A DNA stretch of 43,352 nt from an uncultured Gammaproteobacteria bacterium (GTDB taxonomy: Bacteria; Patescibacteriota; Patescibacteriia; Magasanikbacterales; UBA922): contig CAZYEQ010000001.1 in the NCBI GenBank assembly GCA_964646505.1, positions 1,713 through 45,064 of the forward strand, given 5' to 3'. The notes beneath the pieces were generated by a model, which was not told the DNA's origin, made no database searches, and saw only the letters and a list, made by a program, of their open reading frames with translations. Made by a program: the position numbers and the translations under genes. Below are positions 26,050 through 34,177 of this stretch, in pieces; position 1 is the first letter of the stretch, and every line of letters begins with the position of its first letter.

Positions 26050-26598
26050 TTACGTGCAGTTATTTAAGTAACACACCTGCCCACGTGGGCAGTCCGCGTT
26101 GACCGTGCACGATTGAAAGTATCCGGGAGGTGGTGCTTCTAAACTTGTCGTTGAATCAGGAGAGGCAGTACTATCACCCTTACGTACACTAAGCGCATCA
26201 AACACAAGATTAGTGAGTGCGTATGATGCTAAAATCACAATGAGCCCAGCAATAGCACCTTTTAAAATCTCAACGGATTGCGCGGCTTTTGCTTCATTTC
26301 CTCGGTCAAACATCCACAAGATCCCAGCATAAAGCGTGAGAAGAAAAAAGATAATCCCAAGGAGCGATAAAACATTACCAATCACTTTTCCGATAAGCGT
26401 AGGAAGAAATACTGTTCTTTCCGGAGTTGACCCATCAATTTGTAGCCCTGCGCCACCCGCGAACTTCGAGGCCCCACCGCGCAAAAGCTCCACCGCCTTA
26501 TTCTCTTGCGCCAAGACCTTTGGTGCAAACAAAAAAAAGCTGAGCACAGCAAGTATACCCAGAGAAAACGTGGCGAGAGTTTTTATCAGTCGCGCCAT
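26050..26598 (-). CDS. VirB2/TrbC-like pilin paralog P7 with 4-Cys C-terminal knot
   Basis: Signal ...FAPKVLAQ. Core LLTLYAGILWMFDRGNEAKAAQSVEILKGAIAGLIVILASYAL. Tail SCTVNADCPRGQVCYLNNCT. Confidence 0.8.
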   Translation of the reverse strand: MARLIKTLATFSLGILAVLSFFLFAPKVLAQENKAVELLRGGASKFAGGAGLQIDGSTPERTVFLPTLIGKVIGNVLSLLGIIFFLLTLYAGILWMFDRGNEAKAAQSVEILKGAIAGLIVILASYALTNLVFDALSVRKGDSTASPDSTTSLEAPPPGYFQSCTVNADCPRGQVCYLNNCT

Positions 26599-26604
26599 AA
26601 TCGG

Positions 26605-27030
26605 TTAACGAAATTGAATCAAACTAGTTGGGTAATTTCGACCGGTAGAACTTCGGTATACAGCGGAAAGCGCAAAGCGACTGATGGCATACGAGGTCAT
26701 CACAATCACAAGGCCGAGCACGGCTGCCGAAAGCGTTTGTTTTGCCTTGTCTATTTTATCTTCATTTCCAGCCGAGGTGAGCCACAAGAAGCCTGCGTAA
26801 AACACAAGTATTGTTGTAACAATACCAAGGAGACCAAGAATAACGTCGATGATACGAGCGACGATCACAACAGGAGAAGTGCTTGGGAGCCCTGATGAGC
26901 CAAGATAGCCAACACCAACAATATCACCTTGAGCATATACACCTTCTGCTGTGAAACAAAAAAAAGAAACGAGAAAAAGAGCGGTGAGCAAAATCCGTTT
27001 CACTGATGTTTTAGTATGATGACTGGGCAT
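26605..27030 (-). CDS. VirB2/TrbC-like pilin paralog P8
   Basis: I chose ATG 27030 (MPSHHTKTSVKRILLTALFLVSFFCFTAEGVYAQ). Core ILVFYAGFLWLTSAGNEDKIDKAKQTLSAAVLGLVIVMTSYAI. The track's extra 39 N-terminal codons run through a hairpin-rich spacer. Confidence 0.75.
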   Translation of the reverse strand: MPSHHTKTSVKRILLTALFLVSFFCFTAEGVYAQGDIVGVGYLGSSGLPSTSPVVIVARIIDVILGLLGIVTTILVFYAGFLWLTSAGNEDKIDKAKQTLSAAVLGLVIVMTSYAISRFALSAVYRSSTGRNYPTSLIQFR

Positions 27031-27094
27031 ATAGGTGATTACCTTGTGTGTATAAAAAATGGCACACACAAATGAACCACGGTATCTTTGTCCC

Positions 27095-27119
27095 AAAGGG
27101 GTGGAGACCCACCCCTTTT
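27095..27119 (-). terminator. hairpin (possible attenuating terminator) after P9
   Basis: GGGGTGG-nnnn-CCACCCC hairpin, 15 nt after the P9 stop. Only 3 U residues follow it on the minus strand. A second 8-bp hairpin TTGTGTGT...ACACACAA follows. Confidence 0.4.
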
Positions 27120-27133
27120 GACAAAATACAAGA

Positions 27134-27556
27134 TTACTGCAAGTCACTGTATGCTCCGCCAGTAACTCCTGTTTGCGCAGCTAAACGAGTCAAGACAAAG
27201 CGGGCGATTGCCCAAGCGCTCATAATAATTGCGAGACCGATAATACCTGAAACGATCAAACCACGGGCTTCTTCGATTTTATCTTCACTACCGCCTGCGG
27301 TCATCCATTTCGCACCACCCATAAGGATGATAACGACTGCTACGATACCAAGAAGGCTTAAACCGACATTGATGATACCACCAATGGTTTGTTCTAGAGG
27401 TTGAGCTCCTAAATTTGAAGCTTCATTAAAACTTCGTACTCCCAATGGATCATCGGTAGTTGCAAAAGCTGGAAGTGCTACCACTGAGAAAGCGAGTACT
27501 GCGATTGTTCCAAGCACAAATTTGTACTTTGAAACATTAGACAATGCGTAATTCAT
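27134..27556 (-). CDS. VirB2/TrbC-like pilin paralog P9 (candidate major subunit)
   Basis: Signal ...VVALPAFAT. Core IILMGGAKWMTAGGSEDKIEEARGLIVSGIIGLAIIMSAWAI. It has no Cys. It is the only array member with a long upstream spacer, a strong SD (GAAAGGGGGTGAGTACATG) and a downstream hairpin. Confidence 0.8.
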   Translation of the reverse strand: MNYALSNVSKYKFVLGTIAVLAFSVVALPAFATTDDPLGVRSFNEASNLGAQPLEQTIGGIINVGLSLLGIVAVVIILMGGAKWMTAGGSEDKIEEARGLIVSGIIGLAIIMSAWAIARFVLTRLAAQTGVTGGAYSDLQ

Positions 27557-27612
27557 GTACTCACCCCCTTTCGCGTTGTAGTTACCATAAGAAATAACAT
27601 AAAGTTCGACAT
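27553..27612 (-). CDS. candidate 19-codon upstream ORF overlapping the P9 start (ATGA)
   Basis: AAGGAGcatcATG precedes MSNFMLFLMVTTTRKGVST. Its TGA stop overlaps the P9 ATG. Confidence 0.25.
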   Translation of the reverse strand: MSNFMLFLMVTTTRKGVST

Positions 27613-27636
27613 GATGCTCCTTTTTCTCCTCACCAC

Positions 27637-28257
27637 TTAGCCGGAACTGATGGCTTTGAAGACTATAGAAAGTATAGCATAACTTGAAAAAATAATACAG
27701 ATTCCGATAGCAGCGTAGGCCATAGTATGCGTTCCCTTCGCTACCCGATCTTCATTTCCAGCCGAGGTGAGCCATAAAAACCCACCGTAAATAAACACAA
27801 GTAATGTTATCGCCCCGATAATCCCAAGTGCATTAGCGATCAACCGCCCTAATAGTCCTGGAAGAATTTTGGTAATAGCAGCGTCAGTGTCGGTGCCGAG
27901 CGGATTTTGCAAAGGAATAACAATGAGCTTTGATGATGGTTTAATGTAATTAATCTCATAGCCACTCGCGGGACACTCTTGCGCTGGCTCATCAAGTGTA
28001 CACTCTGCCCATCGGTCAACGCCCTCATGTTCTTGGCACAATTTTTGACACTGCTCTTCTTTGACACTCGTTTCGGCGGTTGTATTTACGGTAAGCGGGG
28101 TGCAGCCGAGTCGAGTTGACTGAGAACCTGACGAAGCACCAGTTGACGGTTGACGTGCGGTAATCGTGTATGTACACACCGCGGCGTTTACCCCGTAAAA
28201 AGGGAAAAATACTAATCCTACGAGCAAGATAATTTGTATATATAGTATGCGTTTCAT
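27637..28257 (-). CDS. VirB2/TrbC-like pilin paralog P10 with N-terminal 6-Cys ectodomain
   Basis: Signal ...FYGVNAA. A ~110-aa domain with 6 Cys (VCTYT...GCTPL...EQCQKLCQEHE...AECTLDEPAQECP) precedes the core LVFIYGGFLWLTSAGNEDRVAKGTHTMAYAAIGICIIFSSYAI. Confidence 0.8.
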   Translation of the reverse strand: MKRILYIQIILLVGLVFFPFYGVNAAVCTYTITARQPSTGASSGSQSTRLGCTPLTVNTTAETSVKEEQCQKLCQEHEGVDRWAECTLDEPAQECPASGYEINYIKPSSKLIVIPLQNPLGTDTDAAITKILPGLLGRLIANALGIIGAITLLVFIYGGFLWLTSAGNEDRVAKGTHTMAYAAIGICIIFSSYAILSIVFKAISSG

Positions 28258-28267
28258 ACGGCTTTAA

Positions 28268-29245
28268 CTAAAACGTTGCATTAATACCTCCACGAAATAC
28301 AGAAGGTACACCAAGAAGCGCATAGACGTACCCAATCAGCAAATAGGCACCAAAAGAAATAAATATACCAATAATCGCGGCGATAAAAATTGACCTGCCT
28401 GTTGCAAATCGATCACTATTTCCAAATGACACAATCATAACCACACCACCATAGACAAAAAAGGCAAACGAGACAGAACCGATAATGGTAAAAAGAAGGT
28501 TGACGATCTTAAAGGCAAGATTTTCTAAATCCTTGATACTTCGACATGTTCCCTGAATAGCACAATCTGGCAATATGTCACTTTCCGTACCAACCACACG
28601 CTGCGCGGCGGCGGCTTCAGCTGCCTGAACACATCGTCCTCCACTTTGATCAGCGAGCCACCTGCATACCCTACTCCCTGCCACACTGCCATCTGATGCG
28701 GGCCCACAAAGGCCCGGGCTAGTAATTTTTTGGCACACACTTAAATCGTCACGACCGTAACAGGTTTGAGCGAGCAAAAAACATCCGGGACGAGTAATAC
28801 ATGTGGTCACAGAGAGTCCGACACAACCATTGCTTCTGTTTAACTCCTGAATGCACAGAGATGAGCCGACGCACGAAGTGGGACGTTCATAAGAAACTAC
28901 CTCTGCCTTGCATGTATATGAACTTGGAAAAAGTGATGCAATGGCCGCATATGACTGCGCCCCCAAAGGAATAAGTATCGGGGTGGCCGCTACTCCGGCG
29001 TTGCTTAGTGTAAAACAGTCCACTTTTCGATAATTAAAATAATCCGAACCGCTTATGTCAACAGTCTGTCTCCTAGGAGTTGTATTGCAGTAATTTGATA
29101 TACGACAGCCCGTTTCCTTTGTCTCTTTATCCACTTCAACACGCACACAACAGTCTTCTCCGGCCGCGTGCACACTGCGAAATGGGGTGACAAGTGCCAT
29201 AACGGTTATGGCAATCAATACTGTTTTAATAAAAAACCGAGTCAT
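28268..29245 (-). CDS. VirB2/TrbC-like pilin paralog P11 with large N-terminal 18-Cys ectodomain
   Basis: Signal ...FRSVHAA. A ~225-aa domain with 18 Cys precedes the degenerate core FFVYGGVVMIVSFGNSDRFATGRSIFIAAIIGIFISFGAYLL. Confidence 0.8.
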   Translation of the reverse strand: MTRFFIKTVLIAITVMALVTPFRSVHAAGEDCCVRVEVDKETKETGCRISNYCNTTPRRQTVDISGSDYFNYRKVDCFTLSNAGVAATPILIPLGAQSYAAIASLFPSSYTCKAEVVSYERPTSCVGSSLCIQELNRSNGCVGLSVTTCITRPGCFLLAQTCYGRDDLSVCQKITSPGLCGPASDGSVAGSRVCRWLADQSGGRCVQAAEAAAAQRVVGTESDILPDCAIQGTCRSIKDLENLAFKIVNLLFTIIGSVSFAFFVYGGVVMIVSFGNSDRFATGRSIFIAAIIGIFISFGAYLLIGYVYALLGVPSVFRGGINATF

Positions 29246-29246
29246 A

Positions 29247-30623
29247 CTAGTAAGTTTGTTGAGTCACCTGAGCCGCTCGAACCAAAGCATTCGCGTCACG
29301 AACCGCCTGCTGTTCATCATCTTGAAGCGGTGCTAGCGATTGATCGGCCATAGCCGCAAAGGCTTTTCGCACCACATCGATATTACTTCCTTTATACCAG
29401 TTTTTAGCCACAAGCACTTGGCTCGCAAACGGTGCGAGCAGTGGATTGTTTAATTGCGCGGTCACCTGCGTACGAAGGGGGCTTGGTTGATTGGTGGTAG
29501 CTGTATACGTTGCCACATTTTGTGGCAATGTCATAAAACGGATAAAATCCCAAGCTTCATTTTGGTGCTTTGACTTCTTGAGGACGGTCTCAACCCAATA
29601 ATTAGCCACATTAACCGGAAGTGTGTCTGGTAGTTGTGGTGCTGTTGTGACCTCAAGATTCATTTGTGGCGCGCGAGCACGGATACGAGGAGCATCGTAT
29701 GCGTATCCAAGATAAAAAACTGTTTTTCCCTGCACAAATGATTCCAACGCGTTTGGTAATGCAGCATTCCAACTATAAATCTCTTTACTGTCTCTCGCGA
29801 AATCAGTATAAAAACGAAGGACTTGCATGGCTGGGTGATTTTCTAATGCTCGATTTTGCAAGCCTTCGGCAAATGTAATTTGACGACCAGATGCAATTGG
29901 TACATTTGTTTGGTACATGAGAAAAGAGAGAATGTCATACGCATTATCAATATTTGCACCCGTCCCCATGGCAATACCGGACTGAACAATATTTCCGTCA
30001 GCATCAAATTTTGTGGCTTTTTTCACTGCCTCAAAAAGTTCAGGCCAGGTTTTTGGTGGCAGTGGTACACCGGCCGCGTCAAGAAGATCTTTATTATAAT
30101 AAAGAGCCAAAGTGTCAAGCGCTAGAGGAAGGCCATATATTTTTCCATCAACAACAACATCATCTGATACGGTTTGCACATAGGCGTTTTGCATATAACT
30201 TTGAGTCGGAAGTGGCACCTGTTCGACAGTCACCTGTGTCTCCTGTGCGTACTTACCAACCACCTGCACATTAGCCATGGAAATGCTCGCGGGCATTGGT
30301 GTGAGACGGGACATTTTTCCACGAAGCGCGGTATTTTGCACAGATACAATATCAGGCCCTGCGTCTTCTGCAAGCGCATTTAAAAGCACACCCTCAAACT
30401 CGTCAAATCGCAAACGGCGAATATCGACGGTGACGTAAGGACGAATTTTTTTATATTCATCTGCTATGCGGCGTAGCTCATCGACATTATTAAATACGGT
30501 CCAATACTGAATACGAACTGGTCGAATCGCTTGCGTTTCCTCTTGACTAAGCCCCTTGCAGCCCAAACCACTGGTAAGCAAAAAAAGGCTGACAAGAAAA
30601 AGAGAAATAAAACGTTTTAACAT
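29247..30623 (-). CDS. extracellular solute-binding lipoprotein (ABC-type SBP family 1-like), orphan
   Basis: 458 aa. The lipobox-like signal is LLTSGLGC. Typical SBP_bac_1 features include IQYWTVFNN..., GPDIVSV and YGLPLALDTLALYYNKDLL. No permease or ATPase gene is adjacent. Confidence 0.75.
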   Translation of the reverse strand: MLKRFISLFLVSLFLLTSGLGCKGLSQEETQAIRPVRIQYWTVFNNVDELRRIADEYKKIRPYVTVDIRRLRFDEFEGVLLNALAEDAGPDIVSVQNTALRGKMSRLTPMPASISMANVQVVGKYAQETQVTVEQVPLPTQSYMQNAYVQTVSDDVVVDGKIYGLPLALDTLALYYNKDLLDAAGVPLPPKTWPELFEAVKKATKFDADGNIVQSGIAMGTGANIDNAYDILSFLMYQTNVPIASGRQITFAEGLQNRALENHPAMQVLRFYTDFARDSKEIYSWNAALPNALESFVQGKTVFYLGYAYDAPRIRARAPQMNLEVTTAPQLPDTLPVNVANYWVETVLKKSKHQNEAWDFIRFMTLPQNVATYTATTNQPSPLRTQVTAQLNNPLLAPFASQVLVAKNWYKGSNIDVVRKAFAAMADQSLAPLQDDEQQAVRDANALVRAAQVTQQTY

Positions 30624-30626
30624 ACA

Positions 30627-31298
30627 TTACCCAAATATACTGAAAAGAAAATCGACAATTGCGTAGCTGGTGAGAATAACAACGATACCGAGCGCCGACC
30701 ATACCATGGTTTTAATGGCCTTTGAGACCTGTTCGCTGTTCCCCCGTGAAGTCATCCACACAAACCCCCCATACACAAACATAGCCAAGGCAATGGATCC
30801 AATTACCCCAATAATCGCTTTGGCCAGTCGGGCAATACCAATGGTTACATTACTAAACCCAAACTTATTTAACCCGCCAACCTGACTTGGGACATATGGA
30901 CCACGAGTTGCTTTTTTCTTTTCGGCAGAAGCCACATTCTCTGAATCAATACATGCTTTAATGAGTGCGGCTTTGCATTCCTCTTTATTTGCCCACGACC
31001 CTGGATTCTGGGGGCGAGCATCACATACTTGATATGTTGCCTGACTGTATTCTGTCTTACATTTTTGAGTCACAACATCAGCGTCTGAAGTGTCAGTTGC
31101 GACCGTTTCTGGTCCATCATTTGCATTATTTGTGGGCGCGACCGTAGCAGTTCCTGCCGGAGACACAGAAGAAGATCCAGCCGGCGGAATAGTCGATGTG
31201 TCCACTCGACCGGCCTGGGCAAGTGCCACATCAGATGGCACTATCGTGGCCGCGAATGAACAAAGTATGAGGGTAGCAAAAAAAATATTCTTATTCAT
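30627..31298 (-). CDS. VirB2/TrbC-like pilin paralog P12 with S/T/P-rich spacer and 4-Cys N-terminal module
   Basis: Signal MNKNIFFATLILCSFAATIVPSDVALAQ. An S/T/P-rich stretch is followed by QKCKTEY...QVCDARP...EECKAALIKAC and then the core AMFVYGGFVWMTSRGNSEQVSKAIKTMVWSALGIVVILTSYAI. Confidence 0.8.
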   Translation of the reverse strand: MNKNIFFATLILCSFAATIVPSDVALAQAGRVDTSTIPPAGSSSVSPAGTATVAPTNNANDGPETVATDTSDADVVTQKCKTEYSQATYQVCDARPQNPGSWANKEECKAALIKACIDSENVASAEKKKATRGPYVPSQVGGLNKFGFSNVTIGIARLAKAIIGVIGSIALAMFVYGGFVWMTSRGNSEQVSKAIKTMVWSALGIVVILTSYAIVDFLFSIFG

Positions 31299-32166
31299 AC
31301 TGTGCAACAAACTGAGTAATGGTTTCCCTCATATCAGTATCCTTCATTGCAAAATGGATCGCGGTCTTAAGAAGTGCCAGTTTATTTCCTGTGTCAAAAT
31401 ACTGCCCTTCGTATTCGTACGCTAATAATTTTTTCTTTTTTGCAAGCGCGTGTACCGCATCAGTCAACCAAATTTCCCCCCCGTGACTCACCTTTACCGC
31501 CTCAAGGTAGGGCCAAATATCTTTGGTTAAGATATAACGCATACCTCCAACAATTAACCCCTCCGGCGACACGTCTTTTTCAGGTGGTTTTTCCTTCACA
31601 TCACTCACGCGGTAGGTTTTTTTGGTACCTATTTTTTTTCCATAAATATTACCGTACAGGGTCATTTGTTTTTTATCGGATAAACGCTGTACACCAATGA
31701 CAGGTGCATTTTCTTTACGGAATGCACGTAACAATTGAGCCGTTACTGGTGTTTTTGCGTCAATAATGCTGTCTCCATCTGAAAACGCAAACGGTTCATT
31801 CCCAACAAATTCTTTCGCGCATAACAAGGCGTGTCCATTGCCTAAAGGTTCTGATTGACGCGTGTAAAAAAACCGAACTTTTTGACTTAACTCTACGAGA
31901 GGCTTAAGGAGCGCGCCTTTTCCTTTTTTTTCCACATATTCTTCAAACGCTCGGTCGCGATCAAAATGATCTTCAATAGCGCGTTTTTGTGAACTGGTCA
32001 CAAACATAATTTCTGTAATGCCGCTTGCGGCCATCTCTTCAACGATAAACTGAAGAACCGGTTTGTCTAAAACCGGCAGCATTTCCTTAGGCATAGCTTT
32101 GGTCGCTGGTAAAAAACGAGTTCCAAGACCAGCGACAACAATAACTCCCTTACGGACTTTTTGCAT
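31291..32166 (-). CDS. galU: UTP--glucose-1-phosphate uridylyltransferase
   Basis: VVAGLGTRFLPATKAMPKEMLPVLDKPVLQFIVEE, plus the ...GGEIWLTDA motif. I prefer start 32166. Confidence 0.9.
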   Translation of the reverse strand: MQKVRKGVIVVAGLGTRFLPATKAMPKEMLPVLDKPVLQFIVEEMAASGITEIMFVTSSQKRAIEDHFDRDRAFEEYVEKKGKGALLKPLVELSQKVRFFYTRQSEPLGNGHALLCAKEFVGNEPFAFSDGDSIIDAKTPVTAQLLRAFRKENAPVIGVQRLSDKKQMTLYGNIYGKKIGTKKTYRVSDVKEKPPEKDVSPEGLIVGGMRYILTKDIWPYLEAVKVSHGGEIWLTDAVHALAKKKKLLAYEYEGQYFDTGNKLALLKTAIHFAMKDTDMRETITQFVAQYE

Positions 32167-32211
32167 ACGCACACAGTATATCACGACGGTGGACAAAAAG
32201 AAACAGGGTTT

Positions 32212-33561
32212 TTATTCATCCTCTTCCCAGCTTAAGAGTTCGTACACCCCTGATGTTGGAAAACCCGGTGGAGGGTAAAATCGTAAATTTCCATCGTAAC
32301 TATGGTTGGTATTTACGAACCCTGACACGACCGTTCCGGCTCCGTTAACCCACTTCCATCCCCCTCCGTTAAAAGCAATTTGGGCTCCCGAAAATACCAA
32401 GTTGGTCCGAACGGCATTTGTACCAGAATAGTAAGGTCGGAAAATGCGTCCGTTTTGGGCAATGGCCGCGGCGTTAATCGTCGTGGTATCTGGGACATTT
32501 TTTGGTACCACAATATCACGCTCGGCAATAAGCCCGAGCACGTCGTCACCGGCCTGTGTTTCGTACATTAAGTTTCCTGAAATAATAATATCGCGATCAG
32601 CTGCCCCTTGAAAATTTGACGCGCCAATTGTCACCCGACCATCAACAATGCCGTCAACCCACACGTTATCTTCAACAAACAACGCTCCATTTCCAGGCAT
32701 ATTATATATACCAAAGTACGTTTGACCATTGTAGTCATACGCTACACCATCATAGGTGATACGACTATTTACACGGCGGAGCTCAAAGCGCGCGTCACTA
32801 CGAAAAGTGATATGCCATCCCTCACGACCCGAAGACAAAATTCGCACCCCGCCATTACTCGCTGACGTTTGTAAATTCGCTAAGTCGACGGTAATTGCAT
32901 TAAAGTCACTTGCCGGTACCGGGTAGGAAAAAAAGTTCGTTGGCCCGCCTGCTCCCCACACTCCAGGGTGCACTCCTGTACCGTCACCAGGATCGTAGGT
33001 GTCTCGTGAAGAAGTGATAATCGCATCAGTCGTACCATCAAACCGAATACCCCCATTCGAATGAACAGGACCATGAACCACGGTAGTTGAACTAAATCGC
33101 ATGTTTGCGTTTTGCAAAAAAGTATAATCCGCCAAAGCCGGAAACCCGAGTCGTACAGAAAGCGTTCGTTGTGTATTCGGAGACCGCACGCTATATCCCG
33201 TTGAGCGCACCTCTACGATCGTCGAACCAACAAGAGGCTGTGAGATATTAAGTGAATAGTGTCCTATTGTTTTCCCATCTTTATCACGAAAAGGCAAAAT
33301 ATAAGGGCCGGTGCTTGTTGTTCCATTTTGTAAATCATTAGGATAGTGTGCTAAGTGCCAGCGATAATAATTAATACCCGCCTCAGCGATTTGAAATGCG
33401 AGGTCACGATCGTGTTTACGTTCGGACGCGCGGTGCTCAAATAGGGTGTAGCTGGCCACACCAGTTACAAGCATGGTCGTAAGAAGTGACCCAAACACAA
33501 GGAGATACATGAGAATTACCCCTCGTGTATCTTTCTTGCCCTTCCGAAGAAAAAAAGACAT
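32212..33561 (-). CDS. large pilus-associated protein with PilX-like N-terminal anchor, hypothetical
   Basis: MSFFLRKGKKDTRGVILMYLLVFGSLLTTMLVTGVASYTLF, then a ~400-aa Gly/Asn/Thr-rich beta-looking domain. It immediately follows two pseudopilin genes. Confidence 0.55.
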   Translation of the reverse strand: MSFFLRKGKKDTRGVILMYLLVFGSLLTTMLVTGVASYTLFEHRASERKHDRDLAFQIAEAGINYYRWHLAHYPNDLQNGTTSTGPYILPFRDKDGKTIGHYSLNISQPLVGSTIVEVRSTGYSVRSPNTQRTLSVRLGFPALADYTFLQNANMRFSSTTVVHGPVHSNGGIRFDGTTDAIITSSRDTYDPGDGTGVHPGVWGAGGPTNFFSYPVPASDFNAITVDLANLQTSASNGGVRILSSGREGWHITFRSDARFELRRVNSRITYDGVAYDYNGQTYFGIYNMPGNGALFVEDNVWVDGIVDGRVTIGASNFQGAADRDIIISGNLMYETQAGDDVLGLIAERDIVVPKNVPDTTTINAAAIAQNGRIFRPYYSGTNAVRTNLVFSGAQIAFNGGGWKWVNGAGTVVSGFVNTNHSYDGNLRFYPPPGFPTSGVYELLSWEEDE

Positions 33562-33562
33562 A

Positions 33563-34177
33563 TTAATTGAGCTTGAGATTGCGAATTTGCACAAATGTTT
33601 CCGCGCTAATTGGTACCGGTGAGGAGTCGGGGTTTACATCAATCGTCAAACGAATTTGAACCAATCGAATGTCTGTTGTAACTATAGGATCGGTAAGGGC
33701 ACTCTGTGTACCGGCGTATGCTTCGTCATAATACGAGAACAAAGGAATGCCAAGAGTTTCATTTTTTACATTGTGGGCCAAAATAGTGACTGTCTCGCTT
33801 GCGCTGTTATAGGTGGCCGGAGAGCCTGTCGGCCGAATAATACCCTTATACAAATTTTCGTTCGCAACCCAAAACCGTACTCGTTCGCGATACGCGTCAT
33901 CATTGATGTTGGCATAAAATCGAAATTCGGTTGACGAGGCGGCTGCCACTGCATACGCACCCGCACTCGACGGCTCGGCACGACGCACATCGTCAACGAC
34001 GTTTTGGAGTACCCGCCGCACTTCATTTTGCCCCGATAGTTGGTCCCACACAATGCGCTGATCGCGTAATCCTGTCACCAAAATCCATGTCATGGACAGC
34101 ACCAATAAAGAAAAAATACCAATGGCAAACAAGGCCTCAATAAGCGTAAATCCACTACGGTATTTCAGGTTCTTCAT
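33563..34177 (-). CDS. prepilin-type (type IV pilin-like) minor pilin/pseudopilin
   Basis: Class III signal MKNLKYRSG|FTLIEALFAIGIFSLLVL, the prepilin cleavage/methylation motif. Confidence 0.85.
   Translation of the reverse strand: MKNLKYRSGFTLIEALFAIGIFSLLVLSMTWILVTGLRDQRIVWDQLSGQNEVRRVLQNVVDDVRRAEPSSAGAYAVAAASSTEFRFYANINDDAYRERVRFWVANENLYKGIIRPTGSPATYNSASETVTILAHNVKNETLGIPLFSYYDEAYAGTQSALTDPIVTTDIRLVQIRLTIDVNPDSSPVPISAETFVQIRNLKLN

Noticed and set aside
26605-27147. N-terminal extensions suggested by the ORF track for many genes (P8, P2, P3, P5, rpsF, rpiB, trxB, xerC/D, the GT, galU, the PilO-like gene and others).
   Set aside because: The extensions overlap upstream genes, promoters or terminators, and they lack the signal peptide or conserved N-terminus that appears at the internal ATG. 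I used the shorter models.
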